64,000 nucleotides of DNA from an uncultured Actinomycetes bacterium (GCA_963704035.1 CAVPGR010000004.1:1439138-1503137); one strand, 5' to 3'. Counted from the first letter of the stretch, positions 1 through 10,280 are shown. Notes: generated from the letters alone by a model not told the origin. Numbers and translations are program-made.

Positions 1-762
1 ACCGTCTACATGGTCTGGTACCGGGAGATCATCAGGTTCCTGCGGTCGCCCGCACGGATCGTCTCGGGGCTCGCGCAACCCATTCTCTTTCTCGTGGTGC
101 TCGGCGCCGGCCTCAACCCGCTCGTCGGTGACAGCTCGGACGGAGTCACCTACCAGGAATTCATCTTTCCCGGTGTGCTGGCGATGTCGGTGTTGTTCTC
201 CAGCCTGTTCTCGGCCATCTCGATCGTGTGGGACCGGGAGTTCGGGTTCCTGCGCGAGATGCTCGTGGCGCCCGTGTCGCGTACGGGGCTGGTCCTCGGC
301 AAGGCAGCCGGTGGCGGGACGGTCGCCGTCATGCAGGGAATCATCCTGTTGGTGCTGGCGCCGTTCATCGGTGTCAGCCTTGACGCGTTCCAGGTACTCG
401 GCGTCTTCGCCCTCCTTCTGCTCCTGGCCTTCGCGCTGGTGGCATTCGGGATCGTCCTGGCGAGCCGCATGCAGCGCATGGAGAGCTTCCAGATGGTGAT
501 GGCGCTGGTCGTCAACCCCATGTTGTTCCTCTCGGGTGCCCTGTTCCCGCTCAACGACCTTCCGACGTGGCTGGCGTTCCTCACGCGTTTGAATCCCGCC
601 ACCTACGGCGTCGATGCGATCCGGCGGGTCATGATCCCGGGGGCTCCCGCGGTCACGATCTTCGGGTGGCCGGTCCCGATCTGGCTCGACGTCGTGATCA
701 TCTTCACCATGGGTGTGGCGATGCTCGCCATGAGCGTGCGTTCCTTCCGCAAGGTCGATTGA
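1..762 (+). CDS. ABC-2 type transporter permease (DrrB/NodJ-like), probably 5'-truncated by the window edge
   Basis: ORF 10..762; about six hydrophobic segments; DREFGFLREMLVAPVSR and NPATYGVDAIR motifs typical of ABC-2 permeases. Confidence 0.9.
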   Translation, partial: TVYMVWYREIIRFLRSPARIVSGLAQPILFLVVLGAGLNPLVGDSSDGVTYQEFIFPGVLAMSVLFSSLFSAISIVWDREFGFLREMLVAPVSRTGLVLGKAAGGGTVAVMQGIILLVLAPFIGVSLDAFQVLGVFALLLLLAFALVAFGIVLASRMQRMESFQMVMALVVNPMLFLSGALFPLNDLPTWLAFLTRLNPATYGVDAIRRVMIPGAPAVTIFGWPVPIWLDVVIIFTMGVAMLAMSVRSFRKVD

Positions 763-796
763 CCGTCTCCTGCGCCCACGCTGACGGATCGGGTCG

Positions 797-2017
797 TCAG
801 TCGCCGTCGGCGACGAGTTCGGCTCCGAGCTCCATCAGTTCCGTGACGACGTCGATGGCGGGCTGATCAGGGTCAGGGCTCATCCGGGAGAACACCACAC
901 CGGTGGACGGATACGCGACAACCACCTGACCGCCGGAGCCGGACGCGAAGAACACGTCGGTGGGCACGTCGGGGAACCGGGGCCCCTCACCCTCGCGTTG
1001 ACCTTCGACGGTCGTCGGTTCCTTCCATGGCCCCGGCCGGTTCAACCAGAACAGATATCCGTACGCGTGGTTGAGCGAGGTCGAGGGGGTGACCGAGGCT
1101 TCCACGTAGTCGGCCGACACGACCTGTTCGCCGTTCCACTGCCCGTCGCGCATCCAGAGGTAGCCGAACTTCGCCAGGTCCCGGCACGTGGAGCGCGCTC
1201 CGGAGTACGTGAGGGCGTTGCCGGCCGAGTCGCGACCGTACTCGGCCGCCATCCCTATCGGTTCGAACAGGTTCTTCTGGGCGTAGTCGCCCACATCCGT
1301 GCCCGTGGCTTCCTTCAGGACGGCTTCGAGAGTCTGGACGGCGGAGTTGTTGTATTCCCACAACTCACCTGGGTCGAACTGCTGGCCCAGGTCGATGGAG
1401 AACTGCGTCTTGTCGGCAGCGTTCTTCACCATCGAGACGTGGTCGGTGGCGAGGTTCCACTCGCGTCCCGAGTCGTTGCTCAAGAGGTTGCGAATCGTGA
1501 CGTCTTCGCTGTCGGTGCCCTGCCATTCGGTGATGTACTTCGAGACCGGTTCGTCGATGTCGAGCTCGCCGCGGTCCGAAGCGATGCCCACGAGCGCGGA
1601 CGTGAGCGACTTCGTGGTCGAGAAGAGATCTCCGGGTGTCGTGGCATCACGACCGACCAGATACCACTCGCCGACGAGTTGGCCGTTGCGTGTCACGACG
1701 AGACAGTCCGAATCACCAGCTCCTGCGACGTCGGCCATGATCCGAAGAACGTTCGGGCGTACCCCGGCCTCGTCAGGGGTCACCTGTTGCCAGTCGGGCT
1801 CGGGGTACACGGCATCAACTGCGGACTCGGGATCGGCGCCGTCCATTTCCGGGCACGGATATCCGCACGGGACCGACTCGCCCGCGGCAGCGCTGTTTGT
1901 CGACGGATCTTCGGACGATCCGACGCTCCCTTCGTCGTCACCCCCCGAGCTGCAGGCAGAGGCCGCGAGGGCGAGAAGAGCCGACACGGCCACCAGAACG
2001 CGCCCGTGTGCCCGCAC
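797..2017 (-). CDS. Lipoprotein serine hydrolase, beta-lactamase class C / NylB-like family (paralog 1)
   Basis: Lipobox ASAC; SxxK (FSTTKS); YNN; LAKFGYL. Confidence 0.88.
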   Translation of the reverse strand: MRAHGRVLVAVSALLALAASACSSGGDDEGSVGSSEDPSTNSAAAGESVPCGYPCPEMDGADPESAVDAVYPEPDWQQVTPDEAGVRPNVLRIMADVAGAGDSDCLVVTRNGQLVGEWYLVGRDATTPGDLFSTTKSLTSALVGIASDRGELDIDEPVSKYITEWQGTDSEDVTIRNLLSNDSGREWNLATDHVSMVKNAADKTQFSIDLGQQFDPGELWEYNNSAVQTLEAVLKEATGTDVGDYAQKNLFEPIGMAAEYGRDSAGNALTYSGARSTCRDLAKFGYLWMRDGQWNGEQVVSADYVEASVTPSTSLNHAYGYLFWLNRPGPWKEPTTVEGQREGEGPRFPDVPTDVFFASGSGGQVVVAYPSTGVVFSRMSPDPDQPAIDVVTELMELGAELVADGD

Positions 2018-2022
2018 GACGG

Positions 2023-3218
2023 TCAGCCGTTTCCGTCGGTCAGATCCGCCCCGAGGGCCTCGAGAGCCGGCATGAAGTCGTCTGCCGGGATGGCGCCGGC
2101 GTCCTGCTGATCCGACGGGCCCATCCGCGAGAACACGACGCCGCTCGACGGATACACGACGCTCACCTGTCCGCCGAGGCCCGACGCCCGGAACACGTCC
2201 TCAGGGACGTCGGGATTCCGGACCCCGTCTCCTTCCGCCTTGCCCTGGGGACCGCTCGGCTCGACCCAGTGACCCGGCGCATTCAGCCAGAACAGGAACC
2301 CGTAGGCGGAGTTGAGATCCGTGGACGGCGTGACCGACTCCCGGACGTAGTCGGCCGACACGACCTGCTCGCCGTCAGCCCACTCGCCGTCGCGCATCCA
2401 GAGGTATCCGAACTTCGCCAGATCCCGGCAGGTCGTCGTCACGTTGAAGAACGTGATGGCGTTACCCGCAGCGTCGTGGCCGTACTCGGCCGCCATGCCG
2501 GTCGGCCCGAACAGATACTGCTGGGCGTACTCGCCGGGATCCATCCCGGTCGCCTCCTCGAGCACCGCGTCGAGGGTCTGGATCGCGGCGTTGTTGTACT
2601 CCCACTCGGTGCCCGGCTCGAACTGCTGGCCGAGGTCGATGGAGAACTGCGTCTTGTCGGGCGCCTTGGCGGCCATCTCCACATAGTCCGTGACGAAGCT
2701 CCACTCACGTCCCGAGTCGTTGCTGAGCAGGTTGCGGATCGTGACGTCCTCGCTGTCGGTGCCCTGCCATTCGGTGATGTACTTCGAAGCCGGTTCGTCG
2801 ATGTCGAGTTCGCCGCGGTCCGAAGCGATGCCGACGAGCGCGGAGGTGACCGACTTCGTTGCTGAGAAGAGCTCGCCCGAGGTCGTCACGTCCGTGCCGT
2901 TCCAGTACCACTCGCCGACGAGCTCGCCGTCGTGGGTGACCACGAGGCAGTTGGAGCCACCGGCCTCGGCGAGGTCGGCCATCTCCTGGAGAACGGCCGG
3001 GTCGACGCCCCCCTCCTCCGGTGTGACCTCGTTCCAGTCGGGGTCGGGGTACACCACAGGGGTGGCATCGGTCGCTTCGGACGGCGCGTCTCCCGAAGTG
3101 CTCGAGGTGTCGTCGCTCCCGCTGTTGCACGAGGCTGCGACCATCGCCAACCCGACGAGCATGATCACGCTGCGTCGTGTCCACCGCGTTCGTGTCCACC
3201 GCGTTCGTGTTTGCACTA
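2023..3218 (-). CDS. Lipoprotein serine hydrolase (paralog 2)
   Basis: Lipobox AASC; FSATKS; YNN; start uncertain (GTG 3218 or ATG near 3162). Confidence 0.88.
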
Positions 3219-3262
3219 TGGGCCTCGCCGCACCGCTTGTCCGGTTCTGTGCTCGCGAGACA

Positions 3263-4449
3263 CTACCCCTCGTCGGGAACGAGTTGTGCCGCGAGGCGCT
3301 GGAGCTCGGGAATGACATCGGCGTCGCGCGCGTTCGCTGCTTCCTCGAGGTCGCCTGGGGCCATACGCGTGAACACGATGCCGGTTGACGGGTAGGCCAC
3401 GCTGACCTGCCCACCGAGCCCCTCGGCGAAGAACACGTCCTCGGGAACACCCTCGATCGGGATGCCGTCACCCTCCGGCTTGCCGGCGAGCGTGCTCGGC
3501 TCGACCCAGTGCCCGGGACGGTTCAGCCAGAAGAGGAATCCGTACGCCGAGTTGAGCTCTGTTGGTGTGATCGATTCTTCGACGTAGTCGGCCGACACGA
3601 CCTGCTCACCGTCGGCCCATTCGCCGTCGCGTAGCCAGAGGTATCCGAAGCGCGCCAGGTCGCGACATGAGGCTTGAACGTTGAAGAACATGTTGGCGTT
3701 ACCCGCGGTGTCGTGTCCGTAGGTAGCTTCCATGCCCGTGGGCTGGAACAGGTACTTGTCGGCGTAGTCGCCCGGATCCATTCCGGTGGCCTCCTCGAGC
3801 ACCGCGTCGAGGGTCTGGATGGCGGCGTTGTTGTACTCCCACTCGGTGCCGGGCTCGAACTGCTGGCCCAGGTCGATGGAGAACTGGGTCTTGTCGGGCG
3901 CCTGGATTCCCATCTTCAGATAGTCCGTGATGAAGTCCCACTCACGTCCAGAGTCGTTGCTGAGGAGGTTACGGATCGTGACGTCTTCGCTGTCGGTGCC
4001 CTGCCACTCGGTGATGTAGTCCGACGCAGGATCGTCGATGTCGAGTTCCCCACGGTCCGAAGCGATACCCACGAGCGCGGAGGTGACCGACTTCGTCGCG
4101 GAGAAGAGCTCGCCCGGCGTGGTCGCGTCTGTGCCGTTCCAGTACCACTCGCCGACGAGTTCGCCGTCGCGTGTCACCACGAGGCAGTTCGATCCGCCAG
4201 CCTGCGCCAGGTCGGCCATTTCCTCGAGCACAGCCGGATCCACGCCCGCTGTCCTCCGGCGTGATCTCGTTCCAGTCGGGATCGGGATAGACCACGGTGG
4301 TCTCCACCGACTTCTCGGACGGCGCGTCTCCGGACGACGTGTTGTCGGACGATGCCGCGTCGCCGCCTCCACCGCTGCACGCGGCCGCGAGCGTCGCCAT
4401 GCCGACGAGCATGGTCACGCCGTGACGCGACCACTTGGTCATTCGCATT
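3263..4449 (-). CDS. Lipoprotein serine hydrolase (paralog 3), one frameshift near 4250
   Basis: N-terminus MRMTKWSR...LAAACSGG...YPDPDWNE lies in ORF 3969..4577; catalytic part (FSATKS, YNN) lies in ORF 3263..4372. Confidence 0.85.
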
Positions 4450-4527
4450 ATGGCCCCCGTCGCACCGCTTGTCCGCTTCTGCGCCCGGCGAGACACTACC
4501 CCTCGTCGGCTACCGGTGTGCCGCGCG

Positions 4528-4559
4528 AGTGGGGCGTGGCCCTGTGGCCACGCCCCACT
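4528..4559 (-). terminator. Perfect 14-bp GC hairpin, likely intrinsic terminator of 4601..5158
   Basis: AGTGGGGCGTGGCC-CTGT-GGCCACGCCCCACT, about 40 nt after the stop; no U-tract. Confidence 0.65.
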
Positions 4560-4600
4560 GCATGCCGGGGAGGGCATCCGTGATGACCGAGGGGGAGCGG

Positions 4601-5158
4601 TCAGCTCGTGGACGTCTCCTCCGGCGCACCGTCGGGTGACGGGGCACCCTCCGGACGCTCGGGCCGTTCGTCACCGGGTCGGTTGACGATTTCCTCGGCC
4701 TTCGTCTCGGCGTCGGCACGCTTCTCGTCCGCCTCCTCGGCGGTGAGGCGTCCCGACTCCACGCCTTCATCCAGGCGCGTGTTGATGTCGGCGACGATCG
4801 CGTCGACCACCGTTGCCGTGTCGACGCCGTTCAACTGCCCGACCTCGGCCATCGAGGCGCCCGCTTCGAGCTGCTCGCGCAGCGCCTCGGGCTCGATGCC
4901 GATCACGTCTGCGACCGTCTCGAGGTGGTGGCCGCCACAGTGACCCCGCGGGCCCTCTTCGCCCTCGGGAGGTGTGCCGGGTGTCCCCTCGTCAGGGGCC
5001 GGAGCCTCCTGGGTCGGGGTCTCGTCGGTGGGTGTCGTGTCGTCGGTTTCCTGTGCGGCGACGGCCGGGATGGCCAGCGCCAGCGCGCCGACGGCGGCGA
5101 GTGTGCCACCGGCAATCTTGAACCGCAGCTTCCGCGTGCGGTCGGGGCGCTTCGTCAC
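4601..5158 (-). CDS. Secreted acidic hypothetical protein
   Basis: Signal peptide ending AVAAQ; GGAG RBS; divergent from the two-component pair. Confidence 0.75.
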   Translation of the reverse strand: MTKRPDRTRKLRFKIAGGTLAAVGALALAIPAVAAQETDDTTPTDETPTQEAPAPDEGTPGTPPEGEEGPRGHCGGHHLETVADVIGIEPEALREQLEAGASMAEVGQLNGVDTATVVDAIVADINTRLDEGVESGRLTAEEADEKRADAETKAEEIVNRPGDERPERPEGAPSPDGAPEETSTS

Positions 5159-5315
5159 TCATGTCTGCTCCTTGTCGGTTGACGGCGCCGGAGTTTCCGG
5201 TCACCTCGGGTGTTGCGTGTCGCAAGGTACGGAGCAGCACGTGACGCGGAGATAACGATCCGTCGACTTCAGGAGACTCTTATCGTTTTCCCGTTTCCTC
5301 GTCTCGGGTTCGCGC

Positions 5316-5349
5316 GTTCATCCGACGTTCACAGTGGCGTCGGTAGCCT
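5316..5349 (+). promoter_or_regulatory. GTTCA direct repeat (11-nt period) plus -10 element of a leaderless promoter
   Basis: GTTCATCCGAC GTTCACAGTGG at 5316/5327; TAGCCT at 5344-5349, 6 nt before ATG 5356. Confidence 0.55.
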
Positions 5350-5355
5350 GAGCGC

Positions 5356-6009
5356 ATGCGCGTGCTGGTGGTGGAAGACGAGGAACGTCTCGCCGCGACG
5401 CTTCGCAAGGGGCTGCGGCGTCACGGCCTCGCCGTCGATGTCGCCAACGACGGTGATGCCGGCCTGCACAAGGCGCTCGCCAACACCTACGACGTGGTGG
5501 TTCTGGACCGCGATCTCCCCGGAGTCCACGGAGACGACGTGTGCCGCGCGCTCCAAGAGTCGGAGTCGAACAGCCGGATACTGATGCTCACGGCCGCTGG
5601 CGAGCTCGACGACCGGGTCGACGGGCTCGAGCTCGGAGCCGACGACTACCTCCCGAAGCCTTTCGAGTTCGCGGAGCTCGTGGCGAGGATCCGTGCCCTC
5701 GCCCGTCGCGCGACACCGGCCACGCCGGCGGTGCTCGAACGTCGCGGCATCAGCCTGGATCCCGCGAAGCACGAAGCGACCCGGGATCAGCGTGACCTCG
5801 GGCTGACTCAGAGGGAGTTCGCGGTCCTCGAGATCCTGCTCGGTGCGGACGGAGGAGTCGTCAGCAGCGAGGAACTCCTCGAGCGCGCGTGGGACGAGCA
5901 CGTCGACCCGTTCTCGAACGTCGTGCGCGTGATCGTCGCCCGCCTGCGTCGCAAGCTCGGCGACCCGCCCGTGATCGAGACCGTGGTGGGCTCGGGTTAC
6001 AAGCTGTGA
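5356..6009 (+). CDS. OmpR/PhoB-family response regulator
   Basis: VLVVEDE, VVLDRDLP, GADDYLPKPF, winged-helix RLRRKL...IETVVGSGY. Confidence 0.95.
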   Translation: MRVLVVEDEERLAATLRKGLRRHGLAVDVANDGDAGLHKALANTYDVVVLDRDLPGVHGDDVCRALQESESNSRILMLTAAGELDDRVDGLELGADDYLPKPFEFAELVARIRALARRATPATPAVLERRGISLDPAKHEATRDQRDLGLTQREFAVLEILLGADGGVVSSEELLERAWDEHVDPFSNVVRVIVARLRRKLGDPPVIETVVGSGYKL

Positions 6010-7163
6010 CACCCCCGCACCGGTCGGTCCGCACCCGGCTCACGCTCATCTACGGCGGTCTCTTCCTCCTCAGCGGGGCGGTGCTGTTGGCCATCAACCT
6101 GGGGATCCTCGGGTTGCGATTGCCCGAAACCGCTCCTCCTCCCCGGCAAGCCCAATCGCAGAGCAGCGGGAATCAGGGAGGAAGCCAGGCCGAAGATGAC
6201 CAGCAGCGGCGCGAGGAGCGCAACCAGATCCAGCGCGAGATCCGCGACGACACACTCCGCAACGCCGTGCTGGTCTCGGGTCTGGCGCTCATCGGCATGG
6301 CCGGCGTGTCGTTCGCTCTGGGGTGGTGGATCGCCGGGAGGGTTCTGCGACCGATCCACGACATCACCGACGCCGCCCGACGCGCCTCGGAGGAGAACCT
6401 CGACGAACGAATCGCATTGGAAGGACCCCGCGACGAACTGAAGGAACTCGCCGACACGTTCGACTCCATGCTGGCGCGGCTCGACGCCGCCTTCCGCGGT
6501 CAGAAGGAGTTCGTGGCCAACGCGTCACATGAACTGAGAACGCCGCTCGCTCTGATGCGTACCGAAGTCGATGTCGTTCTCGAGGATCCGAACGCGCGGC
6601 CTGAGGACTACCGCGATGCGCTCGGCGCTGTCCGCGACGGCGTGGAGCGCGCACAAGGGCTCACTGACCGACTCCTGGTCCTGGCTCGTGCCGACGGGCC
6701 CATCGGGATGGAACGTGTCGACCTTGCTGATGTGGCCTCTTCCGCGCTCGACGACGCCGTCACGTTCTCCCCACACGGATCCCTCGACGTTCAGCGCTCG
6801 CTCGAGCACGCCGAGGTCAGTGGAGACCCTGCGCTGCTCGGCCGCCTGGTCGGAAATCTCGTCGAGAACGCCGTGCGCTACAACGAGCCGAGCGGCTGGG
6901 TCCGGGTCGCCACCTTTGTGAAGGAAGAACACGCCGTGTTGCAGGTCGCGAACCCCGGTGAGCGCGTGCCGCCGGAGCGGGTCGCCGGGTTGTTCGAGCG
7001 CTTCGAGCGCGGCGAGCGGTCCCGCGATCGAAAGACGGGCGGCTTCGGCCTGGGTCTTGCGATCGTCGGCGCGGTGACGACCGCCCACCGCGGCACCGTC
7101 CGCGCGGAAGCACTCGAGGCCGGAGGGCTCCGGATCACCGTCACACTTCCCGCTGCCCGCTAG
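6006..7163 (+). CDS. HAMP-domain sensor histidine kinase
   Basis: GTG overlapping the upstream TGA; two TM helices, HAMP, H-box ASHELRTPL, NLVENA, GFGLGL. Confidence 0.93.
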   Translation: MTPPHRSVRTRLTLIYGGLFLLSGAVLLAINLGILGLRLPETAPPPRQAQSQSSGNQGGSQAEDDQQRREERNQIQREIRDDTLRNAVLVSGLALIGMAGVSFALGWWIAGRVLRPIHDITDAARRASEENLDERIALEGPRDELKELADTFDSMLARLDAAFRGQKEFVANASHELRTPLALMRTEVDVVLEDPNARPEDYRDALGAVRDGVERAQGLTDRLLVLARADGPIGMERVDLADVASSALDDAVTFSPHGSLDVQRSLEHAEVSGDPALLGRLVGNLVENAVRYNEPSGWVRVATFVKEEHAVLQVANPGERVPPERVAGLFERFERGERSRDRKTGGFGLGLAIVGAVTTAHRGTVRAEALEAGGLRITVTLPAAR

Positions 7164-7255
7164 ACCGCCGGCTGCTCGCGGTATTTGGACAGCCCGTCGT
7201 TCACGCCAGCGTCACACACCGGTCGTCAGGGTCGGACCCCACATCCGTTCTCCCA

Positions 7256-9463
7256 GTGAGGTGTGCCGTGCCCGACCACAGCTTCGTTCGAGAAGGCCAT
7301 GTCCGAGAATCCCCCCGTGGCTCCTCGCCCACGCGACGCCTGGTGGTGGCGCTCGTCGCGGCCGTGGTACTCGGCGGGGCTGCCATCGTGGTTCTCCCCA
7401 CCGAGGCCGACGACACCGGGGGTTCGGTCGAGTCCGAGCTGATCTTCGAGACGAGAAGCCTCGACGGCTCCGGCAACAATGCTGACCGATTGGACGAAGG
7501 TGCAGCGGACGAGGTGTATCCGCGCGTCGCCGACGCCGACTACGCCGACGGACTCGCGACGCTCGTCGACGGGCCAGAGGCCCGCTATGTGAGCAACCGC
7601 GTCTTCAACGACGTGGCACAGAACACGTTCTCCGAGAACGATGTGACGCAGTGGGCCTGGACCTGGGGCCAGTTCCTCGACCACACCATCGGTCTCGTGC
7701 AGGACGGCGACGAGGAAGAGCCGATCGCGTTCGATCCCGACGATCCACTCGAGGAGTTCACGAACGATCTCGGGACGATCGGGTTCACGAGGTCGGGGGT
7801 GGCCGACGGCTCCGGCACCGAATCTGCGCGCGAGCAGGTCAACACGGTGAGCTCGTACATCGACGCCTGGTCGGTGTACGGCGGCGACGAGGATCGCCTC
7901 GAGTGGCTCCGGGAGGGACCCGTGGACGGGGATCTGTCGAACAACGGCGCACGGCTCCTGCTCACTGACGACGGGCAGTTGCCCACTGCCGACGTGCGCG
8001 GCGATGCCGCGACGGCTCCTGAAATGCAACTGCCCGGTCGGCTCATGGCGACACCCGAGCAGGCGGTCGTGGCGGGTGACGTGCGCGCCAACGAGAACAT
8101 GGCACTCACGGCCGTTCACACGTTGTTCGCCCGAGAGCACAACCGCATAGTCGACTCGCTGCCGGACGATCTGAGTGAGCAGCAGAAGTTCGACATCGCG
8201 CGGCGTGTCGTCGGTGCGATCGAGCAGTACATCACCTACAACGAGTTCCTTCCAGCGCTCGGTGTGGACGTCGGCGACTACGACGGGTACGACTCCCACG
8301 TCGACGCGTCGATAACCAACGAGTTCGCTACGGTCGGCTACCGCGCGCACTCGATGATCCATGGGGAATTCGAGCTCGACGGTGGTCAGCTCGACGAGTC
8401 GGAGCTCGCTGCCCTGGAGGCGCAGGGCGTGGAGGTAGTCGACGCTGAACTCGCCGTACCTCTCAACGTGGCCTTCGGGAACCCGTCGTTGGTAGGGGAT
8501 CTCGGCCTCGGCGAGTTGCTCGTGGGTCTCGGGGACGAGCCGCAGTACAACAACGACGAGCAGATCGACAACCAGCTCCGGAGCGTTCTGTTCCAGGTGC
8601 CCGGTCCTGACGTCGAGAACCCCGAGGACTGCCTCGACGGCAGTGGCCTCTCGGGCTGCTTCTCGGGAGTGAACGATCTCGGCGCCCTCGATGTGCAGCG
8701 TGCGCGCGATCACGGAATGCCCGGCTACAACGACCTGCGTGTCGCCTACGGCCTCGAACCGGCGACGTCGTTCACCGACGTCACCGGCGAGGACACAGAT
8801 GTGTTCCCCGACGACCCGGCGATCGACCAGGAGAACCCGATCGACGATCCCGACATCCTCGACGTCGTGGCTCTGGAGGACAGCGACGGCAACGCCCTCG
8901 ACCCCGACGGCGACGGTGCCGAGGTCGGGGCGGTGCGGGCCGATCAGCGCTCAACCGTGGCAGCGCGTCTCAGCGCGCTGTACGGAGACGTGGACTCGCT
9001 CGACGCGTTCGTCGGAATGGTCGCGGAACCTCACGTCGAAGGAACCGAATTCGGTGAACTCCAGCTGGCCATGTGGGAAAGGCAGTTCGCGGCTCTTCGC
9101 GATGGAGACCGCTTCTTCTACGAGAACGACCCCGTACTCGAGGAGATCGCACAGCGCTACGGCGTCGACTACCAGGTGTCACTCTCGGAGTTGATCGTCG
9201 CGGACACCGATATCAGTGGCGACGAGATCCGGGCGGACCTGTTCGTGGCCGCCGATGAGGAGCTGCCCGCTGATGAGGAGCTGCCCGCTGATGAGGAGCT
9301 GCCCGCTGATGAGGAGCTGCCCGCCGACGAGCGAAACGAGGGAGGCCACGGTCCGCGCCGCCGCGGCGAGGTGCGGGGTCCCGACGATGTCAGTCGGCGT
9401 GCGCGGCCCGGAGGCGTGCGCGGGCGCGGAGCTCCCGCGTTGTCGGCACCGTCTCGTTCATGA
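7256..9463 (+). CDS. Animal-type haem peroxidase (peroxidase-cyclooxygenase superfamily), secreted or membrane-anchored
   Basis: WGQFLDH, SSYIDAWSVYG, GDVRANEN, REHNR, YRAHS, QRARDHG, LRDGDRF; N-terminal hydrophobic helix; start uncertain. Confidence 0.9.
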   Translation: MRCAVPDHSFVREGHVRESPRGSSPTRRLVVALVAAVVLGGAAIVVLPTEADDTGGSVESELIFETRSLDGSGNNADRLDEGAADEVYPRVADADYADGLATLVDGPEARYVSNRVFNDVAQNTFSENDVTQWAWTWGQFLDHTIGLVQDGDEEEPIAFDPDDPLEEFTNDLGTIGFTRSGVADGSGTESAREQVNTVSSYIDAWSVYGGDEDRLEWLREGPVDGDLSNNGARLLLTDDGQLPTADVRGDAATAPEMQLPGRLMATPEQAVVAGDVRANENMALTAVHTLFAREHNRIVDSLPDDLSEQQKFDIARRVVGAIEQYITYNEFLPALGVDVGDYDGYDSHVDASITNEFATVGYRAHSMIHGEFELDGGQLDESELAALEAQGVEVVDAELAVPLNVAFGNPSLVGDLGLGELLVGLGDEPQYNNDEQIDNQLRSVLFQVPGPDVENPEDCLDGSGLSGCFSGVNDLGALDVQRARDHGMPGYNDLRVAYGLEPATSFTDVTGEDTDVFPDDPAIDQENPIDDPDILDVVALEDSDGNALDPDGDGAEVGAVRADQRSTVAARLSALYGDVDSLDAFVGMVAEPHVEGTEFGELQLAMWERQFAALRDGDRFFYENDPVLEEIAQRYGVDYQVSLSELIVADTDISGDEIRADLFVAADEELPADEELPADEELPADEELPADERNEGGHGPRRRGEVRGPDDVSRRARPGGVRGRGAPALSAPSRS
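9251..9331 (+). repeat. 18-bp in-frame tandem repeat x4.5 (ADEELP)
   Basis: GCYGATGAGGAGCTGCCC units. Confidence 0.95.
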
Positions 9464-10280
9464 ACGAGGTCAGCACCTCCACGAAGTGCTCGGGTTCCTC
9501 GGTGTGCGGGAAGTGGTTGCAGCCCTCGAAGATCTCCAGGCGACTCCCCGGGAGGGCGTCGTGCGCGACGTGGGCGTGGGCGACGGGGATGATCGTGTCG
9601 TTCTCGCCCCACACGATGAGGGCCGGCATGCCGTGGGCGAGGTGCAGCTTGTCGAGGGCGGACACCGACTGACCGTGCAGGTCGATCACCGCGCGCAGTG
9701 TGCGGACGAAAGCCCTTCGGGTCGGTGCATCGGTGAGGCCCGCGTAGGAGCGCCACACTTCCTCAGCGAACGGCGCGCGCATGCCGAGCCCGTGGAGGAG
9801 TTCCGTCACGTGGTCGCCGGCGGTGCGCACGAAACTCGGGAAGATGAGAGGCAGGACGTACTCGGAGCCCGGAAGAGCCAGCAGGCGGAGCAGCGGGCTC
9901 ACCTCCTCACCGAGGCCTCCACTGCCCACGAGAACGAGACGGTCGGTGTGCTCGGGATACTGGTAGGAGAACTGCATCGCGATCCCGCCGCCGAGAGACT
10001 GGCCGACAAGCGTCGTGGAACTGAGGTTGAGCGCGTCGAGCAGGTCTCTCAAGATGCTGGCGAACGCGCCGAGCGAGTAGTCGCCTTCCGGCTTGTCGGA
10101 CGCACCGTGGCCCGGGAGGTCCGGGGCGAGGACAGTGAAGTCTTCGGCGAGGGCGGGAATGATCGGCTCCCAGGTGGCCTCGCTGCCGGCCATACCGTGA
10201 ATCAGCAGGATCGACGGTCCCTTGCCTGCCATCCGGTAGCTCACCCTGTGACCGTGCAGATCGACCGTGCGGTGCTGCAT
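9390..10280 (-). CDS. Alpha/beta fold hydrolase
   Basis: LIHG, DLPGHG, GQSLGG nucleophile elbow, C-terminal HFPH. Confidence 0.92.
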   Translation of the reverse strand: MQHRTVDLHGHRVSYRMAGKGPSILLIHGMAGSEATWEPIIPALAEDFTVLAPDLPGHGASDKPEGDYSLGAFASILRDLLDALNLSSTTLVGQSLGGGIAMQFSYQYPEHTDRLVLVGSGGLGEEVSPLLRLLALPGSEYVLPLIFPSFVRTAGDHVTELLHGLGMRAPFAEEVWRSYAGLTDAPTRRAFVRTLRAVIDLHGQSVSALDKLHLAHGMPALIVWGENDTIIPVAHAHVAHDALPGSRLEIFEGCNHFPHTEEPEHFVEVLTSFMNETVPTTRELRARARLRAAHAD

